Origin: Eledone cirrhosa
Lineage: Eukaryota
Reading direction: 5' to 3'
NCBI GenBank assembly: GCA_964016885.1
Contig: CAXHJY010000973.1
Coordinates: 372,001-436,000 of the forward strand
DNA length: 64,000 bases
Part shown: one piece after another, positions 61,201 to 64,000 of the stretch
Position numbering within the stretch: position 1 is the first letter of the stretch
How the letters are laid out: each line of letters opens with the position of its first letter
The notes under the pieces: generated by a model
Seen by the model: the letters and a program-made list of their open reading frames with translations, nothing else
Database searches by the model: none
What the model was told of the DNA's origin: nothing
Position numbers and translations under genes: made by a program

Positions 61201-64000
61201 ACACTGCATCCTTTAAAACCTCCGTGGAAAAAACTCCCTGCATCAGTTGTTAGTTGTCCAGAGACTGCATCCTTTAAAACCTCCATGTAACAAACTACCT
61301 GCATCAGTTGTAAGTTGTCGAGACACTGCATCCTTTAAAACCTCCATGGAACAAATTACCTGCATCAGTTGTTAGCTGTCGAGACACTGCATCCTTTAAA
61401 ACCTCCATGGAACAAACTACCTGCATCAGCTGTTAGCTGTCTAGACACTGCATCCTTTAAAACCTCCATGGAACAAACTATCTGCATCAGTTGTTAGCTT
61501 CTGAGACACTGCATCCTTTAAAACCTCAATGGAACAAATTACCGCCATCAGTTGTTAGCTGTTGAGACACTGCATCCTTTAAAACCTCCATGGAACAAAC
61601 TACCTGCATCAGTTGTTAGCTGTCCAGACACTGCATCCTTTAAAACCTCCATGGAACAAACTACCTGCATCAGCTGTTAGCTGTTGAGACACTGCATCCT
61701 TTAAAACCGCCATGGAACAAACTACCTACATCAGTTGTTAGCTGTTGAGACATGGCATCCATTAAAACCTCTCTGGAACAAACTACCTCCATCAGTTGTT
61801 AGCTGTTGAGACACTGCATCCTTTAAAACCTCCATGGAACAAACTACCTTCATCAGTTGTTAGCTGTCGAGACACTGCATCCTTTAAAACCTCCATGGAA
61901 CAAACTACCTTCATCAGTTGTTAGCTGTTGAGACATTGCATCCTTTAAAACCTCTAGGGAACAAACTACCTCCATCAGTTGTTAGCTGTTGAGACACTGC
62001 ATCCTTTAAAACCTCCGTGGAAAAAACTCCCTGCATCAGTTGCTAGTAGTTGAGACACTGAATCTTTTAAAACCTCCATGGAACAAACTACCTGCATCAG
62101 TTGTTAGCTGCTGAGACACTGCATCCTTTAAAACCTCCATGGAACAAACTACCTGCATCAGTTGTTAGCTGTTGAGACATTGCATCCTTTAAAACCTCTA
62201 TGGAACAAACTACCTCCATCTTTTGTTAGCTGTTGAGACACTGCATCCTTTAAAACCTCCATGGAACAAACTACCTGCATCAGTTGTTAGCTGTCCAGAG
62301 ACTGCATCCTTTAAAACCTCCATGGAACAAACCACCTTCATCAGTTGTTAGCTGTCGAGACACTGCATCCTTTAAAACCTCCATGGAACAAACTACCTGC
62401 ATCAGTTCTTAGCTGTTGAGACATTGCATCCTTTAAAACCTCTATGGAACAAACTACCTCCATCAGTTGTTAGCTGTTGAGACACTGCATCCTTTAAAAC
62501 CTCCATGGAACAAACTACCTGCATCAGTTGTTAGCTGTCCAGACACTGCATCCTTTAAAACCTCCATGCAACAAACTACCTTCATCAGTTGTTAGTTGTC
62601 CAGAGACTGCATCCTTTAAAACCTCCATGGAACAAACTACCTGCATCAGTTGTAAGTTGTCGAGACACTGCATCCTTTAAAACCTCCATGGAACAAATTA
62701 CCTGCATCAGTTGTTAGCTGTCGAGACACTGCATCCTTTAAAACCTCCATGGAACAAACTACCTGCATCAGCTGTTAGCTGTCTAGACACTGCATCCTTT
62801 AAAACCTCCATGGAACAAACTATCTGCATCAGTTGTTAGCTTCTGAGACACTGCATCCTTTAAAACCTCCATGGAACAAACTACCTTCATCAGTTGTTAG
62901 CTGTAGAGACACTGCATCCTTTAAAGCCTCCATGGAATAAACTACCTGCATCAGTTGTTACCTGTCGATACACTGCATCCTTTAAAACCTCCATGGAACA
63001 AACTACCTGCATCAGTTATTAGCTGTTGAGACATTGCATCCTTTAAAACCTCAATGGAACAAATTACCTCCATCAGTTGTTAGCTGTTGAGACACTGCAT
63101 CCTTTAAAACCTCCATGGAACAAACTACCTGCATCAGTTGTTAGCTGTCCAGACACTGCATCCTTTAAAACCTCCATGGAACAAACTACCTGCATCAGCT
63201 GTTAGCTGTCTAGACACTGCATCCTTTAAAACCTCCATGGAACAAACTACCTTCATCAGTTGTTAGCTGCTGAGACACTGCATCCTTTAAAACCGCCATG
63301 GAACAAACTACCTACATCAGTTGTTAGCTGTTGAGACATGGCATCCATTAAAACCTCTCTGGAACAAACTACCTCCATCAGTTGTTAGCTGTTGAGACAC
63401 TGCATCCTTTAAAACCTCCATGGAACAAACTACCTTCATCAGTTGTTAGCTGTCGAGACACTGCATCCTTTAAAACCTCCATGGAACAAACTACCTTCAA
63501 CAGTTGTTAGCTGTTGAGACATTGCATCCTTTAAAACCTCTATGGAACAAACTACCTCCATCAGTTGTTAGCTGTTGAGACACTGCATCCTTTAAAACCT
63601 CCATGGAACAAACTACCTGCATCAGTTGTTACCTGTTGAGACACTGCATCCTTTAAAACCTCCATGGAACAAACTACCTTCATCAGTTGTTACCTGTCGA
63701 TACACTGCATCCTTTAAAACCTCCATGGAACAAACTACCTGCATCAGTTTTTAGCTGTTGAGACATTGCATCCTTTAAAACCTCTATGGAACAAACTACC
63801 TCCATCAGTTGTTAGCTGTTGAGACACTGAATCTTTTAAAACCTCCATGGAACAAACTACCTGCATCATTTGTTAGCTGACGAGACACTGTATCCTTTAA
63901 AACCTCCATGGAACAAACTACCTGCATCAGTTGTTACCTGTTGAGACATTGCATCCTTTAAAACCACTATGGAACAAACTACCTCCATCAGTTGTTAGCT
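22249..64000 (+). repeat. Large 61-bp CR1-derived satellite array (~680 monomers, head-to-tail, runs off the window) with nested higher-order duplications
   Basis: Continuous 61-bp period with the same monomer as 7048-9814; diagnostic variants recur at multi-kb spacings. Confidence 0.99.

Noticed and set aside
7048-64000. CRISPR-like interpretation of the 61-bp and 71-bp arrays
   Set aside because: Monomers are contiguous with no unique spacers, there are no cas genes, and the context is eukaryotic.

Overview
This is eukaryotic, AT-rich animal genomic DNA. The tRNA-derived SINE families point to an octopus (coleoid cephalopod). Positions 1-11 kb hold the 5' end of a condensin I kleisin gene (NCAPH/CAP-H/barren) on the minus strand: four coding exons, one probable 5'-UTR exon and a probable first exon/promoter near 10.8-10.9 kb. 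The supplied ORF track mostly misses this gene. Positions 11-22 kb are a dense transposon graveyard. It contains CRE-clade LINE ends (restriction-like endonuclease type), RTE and CR1 LINE remnants, SINEs, a piggyBac-type MITE and three different Penelope-like units carrying minimal hammerhead ribozyme motifs. From 22,249 to the window end runs a >41 kb satellite of a 61-bp monomer (~680 copies) with nested, irregular higher-order duplications. The monomer is a slice of the C-terminal coding end of a CR1 LINE (WNKLPASVVSCRDTASFKTSM). The large array grows directly out of the upstream LINE sequence. A second ~45-copy array inside the NCAPH intron runs straight into the LINE 3' UTR and (ATT)n tail. 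The same pattern, tandem amplification of 40-77 bp pieces of LINE coding ends, recurs in RTE and CRE remnants. Most short ORFs in the track are repeat artefacts. All calls come from reading and hand-translating the sequence; no searches were run.
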